Origin: a virus
Lineage: Duplodnaviria > Caudoviricetes
Reading direction: 5' to 3' (one strand)
IMG/VR virus record: IMGVR_UViG_3300035520_000885
Span: 32,001-96,000 of that record
DNA length: 64,000 nucleotides
Part shown: in pieces, positions 27,846 through 37,195 of the stretch
How positions within the stretch are numbered: position 1 is the stretch's first letter
Layout of the letters: every line of letters begins with the position of its first letter
Notes under the pieces: model-generated
The model's input: the letters and a program-made list of their open reading frames with translations, nothing else
The model's database searches: none
Told to the model about the DNA's origin: nothing
Made by a program: the position numbers and the translations under genes

Positions 27846-28052
27846 CGCCCGTACGGGCTGGGATGCAGTAAGCCTGCATGTGAAGGCCGAGCTGCTCATT
27901 AACTCACTCTTAATGAGACACCATCAGACGGCTGAGGCACAAACTAATAACTTGGTTGGCCGACCGAGGACTTAGCTGAGCTGGGTATACTCTACATCCC
28001 AGATTTCACATACCCCTCACTTATCTCTGTATAAGTGAGGGGTTCTTTTTTT
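27846..28052 (+). ncRNA. Candidate structured 3' RNA element ending in an intrinsic terminator (28013-28052)
   Basis: Closing stem CTGGGATG/CATCCCAG, inner stems CTCATTAA/TTAATGAG, GCTGAG/CTTAGC, CTTGGTT/GACCGAG; terminator ACCCCTCACTTAT/ATAAGTGAGGGGT plus U-run. Confidence 0.45.
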
Positions 28053-28096
28053 GTATTCTGACAATGTATTAAACTATTGAAAAGGAAGTGAATGCT

Positions 28097-28594
28097 ATGA
28101 GCGTGCCTATTAAACTTTTGCTTTTGAATAAAGGGGAGACTCTTGGTTACGGCTTAAGAGCTATCCGTGAGTATGCTGATAGAATGATTGATGTGTCTGA
28201 TTGGGAACTCGGTATTTCTGACTCTACCATGTCTTCTGCCAAGCAGTATGTCATCAAAGACAATGTCATGTACATGTGCATGAAGTCTTTTTTTGATCTG
28301 GATAATAACGAGAGAATTTTCGTTTGTGTGGAGAATACTGAGCCATATGATGTTCTCCCTGAAGAGGAGACCGTCACGACTGCAGTACCCAATCCGGATA
28401 ATAATCCTGTAGTTGCCGTGGATACCTCTGAGAAGACTTTAAGTGCAACTCTGACTGAGCTTGAAGAGAGCGACGAGCCCACGATTCTTGTTATGCCGGA
28501 CGAATCCATTGATGAAGAGGTCACGGTTAAGACCTCCACCACGTTCGCTGGTTCTAATGCCGAGAAGGCACAGAATCGTAATCAGAGTATCTAA
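28097..28594 (+). CDS. Hypothetical protein
   Basis: AAAGGAAG SD; GACA-N6-TA variant promoter at 28060-28071. Confidence 0.7.
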   Translation: MSVPIKLLLLNKGETLGYGLRAIREYADRMIDVSDWELGISDSTMSSAKQYVIKDNVMYMCMKSFFDLDNNERIFVCVENTEPYDVLPEEETVTTAVPNPDNNPVVAVDTSEKTLSATLTELEESDEPTILVMPDESIDEEVTVKTSTTFAGSNAEKAQNRNQSI

Positions 28595-28651
28595 TTTTTT
28601 CTTTGGAACACAGAAAATAGAGAGTAGGATTTTTATCCTACTCTCTATTTT

Positions 28652-29887
28652 TTAGCAGTATTTCTGAATACACATGACAAAATACAAGAAGATTCCCTTG
28701 GTATAATCAATCCGGGTTGCCAATCTTCCATATTTTCCGTATATGCCTGTATCTGTACCCCACTTATCCAATTTCTTCTTGATATTGGAAATATTGGTGT
28801 TTTTGCTATTGGATTTCTTGAATAACGCCAGAGCAAAAGCAATGAATGCTTTACTATTGATTTCCTCAAAAGTGTGCTTCTCATCATACAAATAGATGAA
28901 AAGAATGGATTCCACGAAAGACTTCATATCATCACTATTCTTCTCTACGGTAATCTGAGTAATAGCATTTCTCAATTCAATCTTGGATACTCCCGATGCA
29001 TTGGAAGCAAAGTCACAGATTTTCAAATCTACTCCATTGATGAGTATATTCAAGACAATCTTATTTGTGACTGACTCCACTCTATTGGTATCATTCTCTG
29101 TATCTACTACGATTGCATCGTCGTAAGCATCTACAGAAGTATTGACACGGAGATTCAACTTCTTGTTTTCCATATAGGCATTTTTGATTTTTTTCATTAG
29201 AGAGTTCTGGTCATTCCGAATTCTCTGAATGAAAGCAATCACGTTCGAGTCTGCACCATTGATGATGTTCTTCTCATGGAATCTCCAAGAGTTTTGAATA
29301 GACGTCGTAAGGGTATTGAAAATCGTACCGGCTTTCTTGATGATAAATCTCTGGGAGAGATTATCAATCGTGTATTTCATGACCGCAGGGTCTGGTTGGA
29401 AACCAGAATAATACTTATCCCAAATGGAAGGATAGTAAGCCATAGCAGTAATAGCCAGAGCAGAATTCAAACCCTTATTATCTTTCTTAATGGTATAGAA
29501 ACGAATGATGAAAAAAAGAAGCGTATATACTGGGTTATTCTTAATGAAAAGCCAATTGGCTTTCTCATTGACTTTCTTAAGAACTCCAGAGATTATCTCA
29601 ATGGTATCCTTTTCAGTCATTCCAAATAATCCAAATAACTTACCTTTGTCATCATAGGTGAACGGAATCATATATAGAGGACCAATTGCTGCTAGTTTAC
29701 TACTATTTCGATTGAAGTAATCTTCAACGATTCTCATAAACTTACGATTTCCCTCCGGTGTCTTCAAAACTTCCTCGATCTTTGGATATAAAGCATCCCG
29801 CAATTCATATGTATTAGCGGGAGCAGCTTCGAAAAAAATATCAAAAGGATCGTTGTCTATATTTGCATTTTCGTAAAAAATATACAT
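28652..29887 (-). CDS. Hypothetical protein, probably late/virion
   Basis: 411 aa; AGGAGG SD; AACA-N6-TA at 29917-29928. Confidence 0.75.
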   Translation of the reverse strand: MYIFYENANIDNDPFDIFFEAAPANTYELRDALYPKIEEVLKTPEGNRKFMRIVEDYFNRNSSKLAAIGPLYMIPFTYDDKGKLFGLFGMTEKDTIEIISGVLKKVNEKANWLFIKNNPVYTLLFFIIRFYTIKKDNKGLNSALAITAMAYYPSIWDKYYSGFQPDPAVMKYTIDNLSQRFIIKKAGTIFNTLTTSIQNSWRFHEKNIINGADSNVIAFIQRIRNDQNSLMKKIKNAYMENKKLNLRVNTSVDAYDDAIVVDTENDTNRVESVTNKIVLNILINGVDLKICDFASNASGVSKIELRNAITQITVEKNSDDMKSFVESILFIYLYDEKHTFEEINSKAFIAFALALFKKSNSKNTNISNIKKKLDKWGTDTGIYGKYGRLATRIDYTKGIFLYFVMCIQKYC

Positions 29888-30061
29888 CCGAATCCCTCCT
29901 ATTCCTTAATTATGCTTAATACACTGTTTTTAAGGGTGCTAAAAAATGAATTTTGAGTTGTATGATATATTTGTGTAATCATAATAATGCTGGATTAGGC
30001 ATTGGTGGTTACGTGTGTTGTCTACCCAAAATGTGCATGTGGAAAGGAGATTGATGAATGA

Positions 30062-30895
30062 ATGTGCACCATAATTCAGCAAACTGAGGGGCGGCAAAAG
30101 TATTGCAGAGGTCAGGTCTGGTTCATGAGAGAACCGGTAGATATGACCAATGCGAAGATGGTAAGCGGTGATGGAACAACTGCTTATAATCGTCCAGTTC
30201 TCATTCTCAGCGTGAATGAGGACAATAGGGATTGCCGTACCGTAACGGTAGTTCCTCTGAGCACTTCCCTGTCGCATGTCGATGGTGGCGATGTCCTGTT
30301 CATGACGAATGGGAAAACTATCAAAGCCATGTCCTGGCAGATTACTGCTAAGGACAAGAAGTTCCTTACGGAGTACATGTATTCGGTGGATGCCGAAGTT
30401 ATGGATTCCGTGGAGGCCAAGGTCGCTGCTCATCTAGGATTTGGTCGGAACTATGACTCCGAACTCGTGCAGAAAATAAACGCTTTGCACGAAAAGGTTG
30501 ATTATCTTCTCAGTGAGGATAAATCGACTGGTGAGAAATATCACTCAAAGAGTATCGTAGACAATCCGAATGTCTCGGTGTCTGTGGATACCAGTACTCC
30601 TGAGCCTTATAAGGAAGCCCACGAGGAGGACAGGATCACCAAGTCCGAAGCTCTTGAAAAGATTACCAGAAGGAGGATGACGAAAGAGGAAGGAAAAGCA
30701 TTCGTAGATGACTATACTTCCATGTCTATGGCTGATATGAAAGCCAAGTATGGGAGTAGTGAGGGAGCTATCCGTCAGAAGTATCGCTACTGGTCGGAAA
30801 AGCTCGACCTCAAACCCCAACACAGTGCCCCCCCCCCCCTTCAGAGGGAACGTCCAGCTCTAGTAGGAGCAAGGATTCCATTACCGCTTTCATAG
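30062..30895 (+). CDS. MazF/PemK-like domain protein with C-terminal HTH-like region
   Basis: RGQVWF...NRPVLILS...VTVVPLST...WQITAKDK..L (PemK fold); MADMKAKYGSSEGAIRQK is HTH-like. Confidence 0.75.
   Translation: MCTIIQQTEGRQKYCRGQVWFMREPVDMTNAKMVSGDGTTAYNRPVLILSVNEDNRDCRTVTVVPLSTSLSHVDGGDVLFMTNGKTIKAMSWQITAKDKKFLTEYMYSVDAEVMDSVEAKVAAHLGFGRNYDSELVQKINALHEKVDYLLSEDKSTGEKYHSKSIVDNPNVSVSVDTSTPEPYKEAHEEDRITKSEALEKITRRRMTKEEGKAFVDDYTSMSMADMKAKYGSSEGAIRQKYRYWSEKLDLKPQHSAPPPLQRERPALVGARIPLPLS
30828..30839 (+). repeat. C12 homopolymer at a frameshift point
   Basis: 12 consecutive C in an AT-rich genome; C13 or C10 fuses the gene to the frame ending at 31110. Confidence 0.85.
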
Positions 30896-31110
30896 ATAGC
30901 GTGTGTATTTTCGGGGAGAAAGAAGTTTCTTTCTTCGCAGATGTATATAGAGAATACTATAAATTCTGCACGAAGGAAAATATGGTTCCTCGGTCCCGCC
31001 AAGCATTGGAACATCGTCTATCTAAAAAATCCAATGTGTCGACAAATCGAATTTGTAGGTCAGGAGGTCACCCTGAACTGAAAATTACAGGATTGGGCAT
31101 GAAGCCTTAA
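30841..31110 (+). other. Out-of-frame winged-helix module (D5/P4-primase C-terminal type), likely the true C-terminus of the 30062 gene
   Basis: DSITAFIDSVC...DVYREYYKFC...PRSRQALEHRL...ITGLGMK; frame is open from the C tract; no SD for the GTG at 30901. Confidence 0.6.
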
Positions 31111-31158
31111 TCAAAAAATACAAATAAGAAGAGACGGAGAGAAATCTCCGTCTCTTCT

Positions 31159-32664
31159 TCATAATCGCCATATCTGAATGGCTTTACATTTTTTCTTCAA
31201 GTGGCTGACTCTAGTCTTATATTGTCTTTCACAAGTAGAGAAAGCGATATCCACTAAATCAAAGAAGTAGGTATCTTTGTCTTTTGCATACTCTCTCAGT
31301 CTTCCGGGTAGCTGATTGCATACGATTGGAGAACTGAAAGGCTCCAAATTTATGATACAACGAAGACCTGGTATATCTACTCCAGTACCACAGGATCTTA
31401 TGGTACTACAGATAATATCCGCACTCTTCGCCTCTTCGTTTACCTCTTTGGTATTAGAAGAATTGATAGTAACGATTTTTTTACCTTGTCCTCTGCAATG
31501 CTCAGATATGAGACTCTGAATAAATTCAGTATCTGCAATCTTTGGCACTGTGACAAGAATCTTTCCCTCTAGCTCAGAAGCCTTATCAAAGACAATGAAG
31601 AAATTCTCTATCTGAGTTTGGTCACGGTCATCGTGTAATGCATACCTTGAAAAATTCAAGACAGAGAAACCATAAGAATTCATTGTGGAAGCAATCTGGG
31701 TGTCAGTCGGATTGCTTCTATACAGCACTGGAACATAGATAATATGCTTTCTTTTTTCTTCTGTCTCCGTAGGTTCATTCCCATATTTAACAACAGATGA
31801 GAAGCACTTCTTGAAAAGTTTCGCTTCTTTACTGTCGCTTCTTTCAAAGTTTGCAGTCAGATAGAATGTCTTTTTCGTATTGGCAAACATGTCTACCCGT
31901 AAGACATTCTTAAATGACAGATGGGCCTCATCGAAAACTTTCACCCCAACATGGAGTTTTTCAAAGAACTTCTTAACTGCTGGCCACCCATGTGTTCTCG
32001 CATAGCTAGTGAGAGTCTGATGATTGACAAAGTAAATATGACCAGCGACCTGCTTTCCTTTCATGATACGCTCGACTACGTCAGTGCCAGATATATTGAC
32101 AATACTCTTAGCTGGGACGTTAGTCATCTTCAGCAACGTATTGATCCACTGCTCTTTAATCTTATCTTGATGTGTGATGATGATAGCTTTCATTCTAAGA
32201 TTCAGTATCGCGCTGATTGTAGAATATGTCTTCCCATCACCAGTATCAAGAATAAGAGCTTGTTGGTGAGCACTATCTAGAAATTTAAATTTCCCAGTAT
32301 TGGATAAGAAAGAAATGCTGTCAACTTGAAGCTGATTCCTAGGCGGAGATAACATCTCCCACTTTGGAAGTCGAGAGCTCTTTATCTCACTCTCATATTT
32401 TATAAAAGCCCTAGAGTTCATCTGTGTCTCTAAGAGCTTCACGTTATAACCCCTTGGCACATAAAGTCTATCATCACAAATATAGTATCCCATAGGGTCA
32501 TATCTGTATTCTGCGTCTATCCAGATGGAAAGAGCTTTTTCGAGATTTTTACACTCTCCAAGCTCATATGGATAAACTTCATAATGTGTATTCATTATGC
32601 TAACTTCTTTTTCCTCTTTCGGCGGCTCGTAATATAACGAGCTGAAAAATGGCGTATTCGGCAT
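31159..32664 (-). CDS. SF2 DNA/RNA helicase (UvsW/ResIII-like)
   Basis: LDTGDGKT, VFDEAH, LTAN, GTGVDIPGL, QLPGRLR. Confidence 0.88.
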   Translation of the reverse strand: MPNTPFFSSLYYEPPKEEKEVSIMNTHYEVYPYELGECKNLEKALSIWIDAEYRYDPMGYYICDDRLYVPRGYNVKLLETQMNSRAFIKYESEIKSSRLPKWEMLSPPRNQLQVDSISFLSNTGKFKFLDSAHQQALILDTGDGKTYSTISAILNLRMKAIIITHQDKIKEQWINTLLKMTNVPAKSIVNISGTDVVERIMKGKQVAGHIYFVNHQTLTSYARTHGWPAVKKFFEKLHVGVKVFDEAHLSFKNVLRVDMFANTKKTFYLTANFERSDSKEAKLFKKCFSSVVKYGNEPTETEEKRKHIIYVPVLYRSNPTDTQIASTMNSYGFSVLNFSRYALHDDRDQTQIENFFIVFDKASELEGKILVTVPKIADTEFIQSLISEHCRGQGKKIVTINSSNTKEVNEEAKSADIICSTIRSCGTGVDIPGLRCIINLEPFSSPIVCNQLPGRLREYAKDKDTYFFDLVDIAFSTCERQYKTRVSHLKKKCKAIQIWRL

Positions 32665-32764
32665 GATTACATTCCTCCTTTCACCACTAAAAAAATGTTT
32701 TTTAATGGATAAAGCTTTATTTGGTTAGGAAGGAGACTGGATATAGAATCCAGTCTCCCATTAG

Positions 32765-33436
32765 TTAGTCTTCAGACGCAACGAAATCTACTAACTTTTC
32801 TAGCATAGAATCTGCTGAATTACTTTGGAATACTTTCAGTTTCTCCATAAATTCGGGACTTCCGATTTTAGGATAGTCTGTAAATTCATCTGGCTTGTGA
32901 GTAAGAGTGCTATACGGATATATCCGGTTAGACCATGGATGTTCCTTTATGTACCCAAGGTGCTCAATATCTCGATATGTATTGTCGATTGCCCTATCTA
33001 CAAGCGTCACGAGTTTCTTTTTTCTAAAGAATTTAATATAGAGAGAAATCCCATAATCTTCAAAGAGATGACGTTTCTTAGATACATGGAGCTTCATGAA
33101 GTCAACTAAGTACCCCATAATGTAATTCATAAGGAATTCATAAATGGAAATAAACATAGCCAGACATTCATCCCTATCTAAATCTTTGAGCTGGTCTATC
33201 TCATCTATCATGGTATCGTCACGTGCAGAGTGAAGACCAATAGCATGGAACTTCTTGTACATCTCATCGTGAATAGTATCATAAAGGTCTTTTCCAATAT
33301 ACTCGGCAAGCCCATCTACTTCTACGCCAAGATCCACAATTGCATTATTCAAAACCCAATTGATTAGAATACGTCTGACAACAGCCAGAGATACGATGAC
33401 TACTACTGCTATTGCCGCGTAACCTTTAGCATCCAT
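32765..33436 (-). CDS. Membrane-anchored hypothetical protein (paralog of 33426-34097)
   Basis: N-terminal TM helix; shared KDLD, EDY..S and RAI.N...DIE motifs. Confidence 0.7.
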   Translation of the reverse strand: MDAKGYAAIAVVVIVSLAVVRRILINWVLNNAIVDLGVEVDGLAEYIGKDLYDTIHDEMYKKFHAIGLHSARDDTMIDEIDQLKDLDRDECLAMFISIYEFLMNYIMGYLVDFMKLHVSKKRHLFEDYGISLYIKFFRKKKLVTLVDRAIDNTYRDIEHLGYIKEHPWSNRIYPYSTLTHKPDEFTDYPKIGSPEFMEKLKVFQSNSADSMLEKLVDFVASED

Positions 33437-34097
33437 CTTTTTCAAGTTCCTTCTTTCGTATTTCTTTTGCAAAGTCCAGAATCTCAACAAGTCGTTTTCT
33501 ATCAATGATTTGAATCTGATTCTTCACGGTATCCATCGTCCATCCTTGAAGCATATAGGGATTGAACGTCAGATATTCTTTGCTCTCATTATAATTACCG
33601 TTATTCCGACAAATTTCAATATCAGAGAAATTATTCGTGATAGCTCTAACAAGAATCCTATTACGTCTCACACGATTTCTCCACACGAATGCGCTAGAAA
33701 ATGCATAATCCTCAATGTGCATGATTCGTCTTTCAGAATTTGCAGATGAAAGCATCATTGGTAGTTGAGAAGTCAGATAGAATAGTACGAATTGATAGGT
33801 GGAGAGATAGATAGCATCCCATTCTCTTCTATAGAGAGTTTTGTAATCCAAGTCCTTCGGGTCTTTCCATTCGGAATTATCAATACATGCCTCTCGCTCC
33901 CCATAGTTACTCTTCATGATGAAATCCAAATCGGTTAAAATATAGCCAGATGCTTCATCCAACATTGCAGAGCAGAACTCGATATTGTCATGGCAGATTT
34001 TATTCGTCTCGATGAATCTACCAACAATGGCGGAAATGATATAAAGACCAACCACTGTTGCGATGACCAATATCAATTGACCAAGAGTTAAATTCAT
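33426..34097 (-). CDS. Membrane-anchored hypothetical protein
   Basis: ATG at 34097 after GGAAAGGAAG; N-terminal TM helix. Confidence 0.7.
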   Translation of the reverse strand: MNLTLGQLILVIATVVGLYIISAIVGRFIETNKICHDNIEFCSAMLDEASGYILTDLDFIMKSNYGEREACIDNSEWKDPKDLDYKTLYRREWDAIYLSTYQFVLFYLTSQLPMMLSSANSERRIMHIEDYAFSSAFVWRNRVRRNRILVRAITNNFSDIEICRNNGNYNESKEYLTFNPYMLQGWTMDTVKNQIQIIDRKRLVEILDFAKEIRKKELEKDGC

Positions 34098-34161
34098 AAA
34101 ATCGCTTCCTTTCCAATATAAATAAAGGGTCGTATACATCTCCGTATACGACCCTTTATTC

Positions 34162-36240
34162 TTACCAGTTTTTATTCTTCTTTTTCTTCTCGACGCTCTT
34201 ATGCATCTCAATGAGACGAGAAGTTGGAGTCGTCTTTCTGAAGAAAGAGTCGATATAAGATTGTCCATGTTTCTTCGTAACCAAGTCATCAGACATAAGC
34301 TGTTTCTTGATATTCTGAGAAGCAAGACCAATCAGAGGAGATGCGTTAAACTCCAGAGCTTTCAGAATCGTATAAATCTGATAGTCGGGGACTTCATCTT
34401 CCGTAAAATCGGGACGACTGAAGTCCTCGTCAGGGTCATTGCGAAGCATACGATTGATAATCAGCTCACCAGAGAGTGCCATAGCTCCAATTCCAGACTC
34501 CAGAAGAAGCTCAGTGAAAGTCTGAGCCATCCAGTGATAAGTAACCTTCTCATCACTATCCTTCTTGGAAGTATTGAGAAGGTCCATCAGACGATACAGA
34601 GGACGAGTCAACTCATTATTCATGATGACCAGTTCAAACAGCGCAGTATCTTCATCCATGTCCTTGAAACGGATATATCCACGACCCTTTTTCATCAGGT
34701 CGATACATTCATCAGTCATAAACATCTCACGCTCGTCCATAGTATGGATCTCAACGAGCTCCTTTGTGACCATATTGTAGACATAGAATTTACCACTGAT
34801 GTAAGTATTGAACGAAGAATCGTCATCCAGCTCATCAGACTTCTGGATAGTATTCGGGTCAATCCAAACAGCCCAGTTATCGAGGTCTGTCACCTCGTTG
34901 TTATTGAGAATCGGATTGATTTCGCCAGCAGTCATAGAGAAGAACCGATAGAAATCAGGATTGAACTCAATTTTTTCAGAAATGGTAGTCAGAAGATGCT
35001 TTGTAGAAAGAACCATCTGGTTTACAACCTTAGTGGTTTCTTCAGTTTCGAATCCAGAGACACCATCTGCGATATCCAAGTTCAAAAGAGAAGTAGTACC
35101 AAAGCATTTATGACAAACTTCATCTCCGCATGCACAAGTGATAGGAGAACGAAGATAAATCTTCTTTCCTACCAGCTTTCCTTTATCCCTCTTAGCATTG
35201 ATGAGAGAGAGGTCGTCGTTCAGATTGAGCTTATAGTAACGACCATTGTACTTCTTGAGCATTTTCTCAGACTTGATTTCAATCTCAAGAAGATGCTTAG
35301 TATTGCAATCAGATACAGTCTTAGAAAGCCGAAGAGTTCTTGCCAGTAACAGGCAGATTTTTCCGAAATATCCGGCTTTCCCCATCACTTTTTTATTTGT
35401 GATTAGACTCTTTCTGGCGCCGAGCGCATCAATATACATGGCACTGGGTTTATTCAAACCATTAACCATGGTGCTGCTATTGATAGGAACTGGAATTGTG
35501 ACACCATTCAGGTCAGGTTTCAAGCCCTGGTTGATAGTGAACTCACTAAGCTGCTTGTGCTTAATACCAGTCCCGGAACGCAGAATTACACCGACTGCAT
35601 TGTCCTTGATTCCTTTGAAGATTTCGATTTCTTCATTCATGAGACCATTGAGCTCATGCTCAATCTCGGCCGGTTGCATTTCCAATGGGAAAGTTGTTTG
35701 CATGATTTGTTGCATTCTCGGATTTTCCTGATAAACTTTCAAAAAAGTCTCAGACGATACCGTCAGGCCCATAATCAATGCAAAGTCAATAGAGATTCTT
35801 CTCATATTGTAGAGGACTTCAGATACAGAGCGGTTTCGTACTGTGTTTCTGATACTATACTCTTCAAGGACCAGAATGACCTTGTCGTTGATATAGTCTG
35901 TGAAATTGGGAATATCATTTTCACAATCTACAATAAAAGAAGAATCAAGGATTTTCGTTCCATATAAATTGATGAAGGGATACCATGCAAACACGTTCAC
36001 TACGAAGTGACGCAGTTGTAAAGTATGGGTTTCTTCATCGGTCGCATAGAACTTGAATCGTACAGGATACTCTCTGCAAGCTTTATGCTCGAAGCATCCT
36101 TTAATGAGGGTATAAATTTTCTCCTGAAAATCTACATAGTCTTCTTCGCTCCTCATATAATCATTGATGATATAGAGAGGGCTCACGTACTTGCTCAATT
36201 CTTCAGGAGTACTAAATGCTTTTACAACGTAATCTTTCAT
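34162..36240 (-). CDS. Non-virion RNA polymerase beta' C-terminal subunit
   Basis: GLKPDL, ARKSL...KAGYFGK (bridge helix), DCNT...LRSPITC...VCHKCFG (Zn), QMVLSTKH (trigger loop); ATG at 36240 after GAGGAGGAG; early-type motif upstream. Confidence 0.88.
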   Translation of the reverse strand: MKDYVVKAFSTPEELSKYVSPLYIINDYMRSEEDYVDFQEKIYTLIKGCFEHKACREYPVRFKFYATDEETHTLQLRHFVVNVFAWYPFINLYGTKILDSSFIVDCENDIPNFTDYINDKVILVLEEYSIRNTVRNRSVSEVLYNMRRISIDFALIMGLTVSSETFLKVYQENPRMQQIMQTTFPLEMQPAEIEHELNGLMNEEIEIFKGIKDNAVGVILRSGTGIKHKQLSEFTINQGLKPDLNGVTIPVPINSSTMVNGLNKPSAMYIDALGARKSLITNKKVMGKAGYFGKICLLLARTLRLSKTVSDCNTKHLLEIEIKSEKMLKKYNGRYYKLNLNDDLSLINAKRDKGKLVGKKIYLRSPITCACGDEVCHKCFGTTSLLNLDIADGVSGFETEETTKVVNQMVLSTKHLLTTISEKIEFNPDFYRFFSMTAGEINPILNNNEVTDLDNWAVWIDPNTIQKSDELDDDSSFNTYISGKFYVYNMVTKELVEIHTMDEREMFMTDECIDLMKKGRGYIRFKDMDEDTALFELVIMNNELTRPLYRLMDLLNTSKKDSDEKVTYHWMAQTFTELLLESGIGAMALSGELIINRMLRNDPDEDFSRPDFTEDEVPDYQIYTILKALEFNASPLIGLASQNIKKQLMSDDLVTKKHGQSYIDSFFRKTTPTSRLIEMHKSVEKKKKNKNW

Positions 36241-36410
36241 AACTAGCTCCTCCTCATTGCCCAAACATAGGGTTTGCTTAATTTAGATGTCCACAGGATT
36301 ATTAATTTTGACTTCTGAGGTTATAATATATAGCTTACCCAAATTTTTAGGCCATCTTTTAAAATGGACAGACAATCTTTTAAAGTATACCTCAGAAAGG
36401 CGGTGAGAGA

Positions 36411-37094
36411 ATGAACAGCGAAACCACAACGTGGTTAAACAGCATTGGTGCCGGGACATTCATTTGTATCTGCATCACATTATTCTTATTTGTGTCATTC
36501 CTCTATAAGAAGTATAAGAGCTACAAAGATGCACTCAAAGAGAAAATCGCAACTGAGATTAATGACGAGAATAAGATGACAGATCTTATCAAATCGGTAA
36601 ATGAATTAGTCCCAAAGATAGAAGGATTGGCAACAACAGTTCAAAGAATTTCAGATGATTTTGAATCATACGTTGATCGGAGTGAGAAAAGATTTGAAGA
36701 AATTGAGCAGAAAGACGGCTTAATGAAGGATCTATTGGATATCATCACGCATTCAAGTGAAACAGATATCCGTTCTGACATTATTGATGCATACCAAAAG
36801 TGGATGCCACTTGGATACATCGACGTGTATACAATGTCAGTACTAGAAGACAAGTATGATATTTACGATAAACACTTGCACGCAAATCATTTTGCACATG
36901 ATATGATGATTGGTCTTAGGACATTACAAACGAAACCAGTCATTACAACAGACGGGGGAGGCGACCCAATTCCCTATTTCATCTTACATCCAGAGGATCA
37001 TCCCGCAGTCAGACAGGAAAACTACCAGAACGAATTGGAAAATGGTAAACCTTATCGACTGGGTGCATCTCATGAAAAGATCACAAGCGAGTAA
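36411..37094 (+). CDS. Holin-like membrane protein
   Basis: One N-terminal TM helix, coiled coil, then RSDIIDAY...GYI...LEDKYDIY...N pattern of a phage family often annotated as holin. Confidence 0.5.
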   Translation: MNSETTTWLNSIGAGTFICICITLFLFVSFLYKKYKSYKDALKEKIATEINDENKMTDLIKSVNELVPKIEGLATTVQRISDDFESYVDRSEKRFEEIEQKDGLMKDLLDIITHSSETDIRSDIIDAYQKWMPLGYIDVYTMSVLEDKYDIYDKHLHANHFAHDMMIGLRTLQTKPVITTDGGGDPIPYFILHPEDHPAVRQENYQNELENGKPYRLGASHEKITSE

Positions 37095-37195
37095 GAAAAA
37101 AGAGTTGATAGACGGCTAACCATAGGCGTCTATCAACTTTTAACCCAAAAAACAATAATATAAATCCAAATCCAATGAAAGGAAGTGGTATTCTT

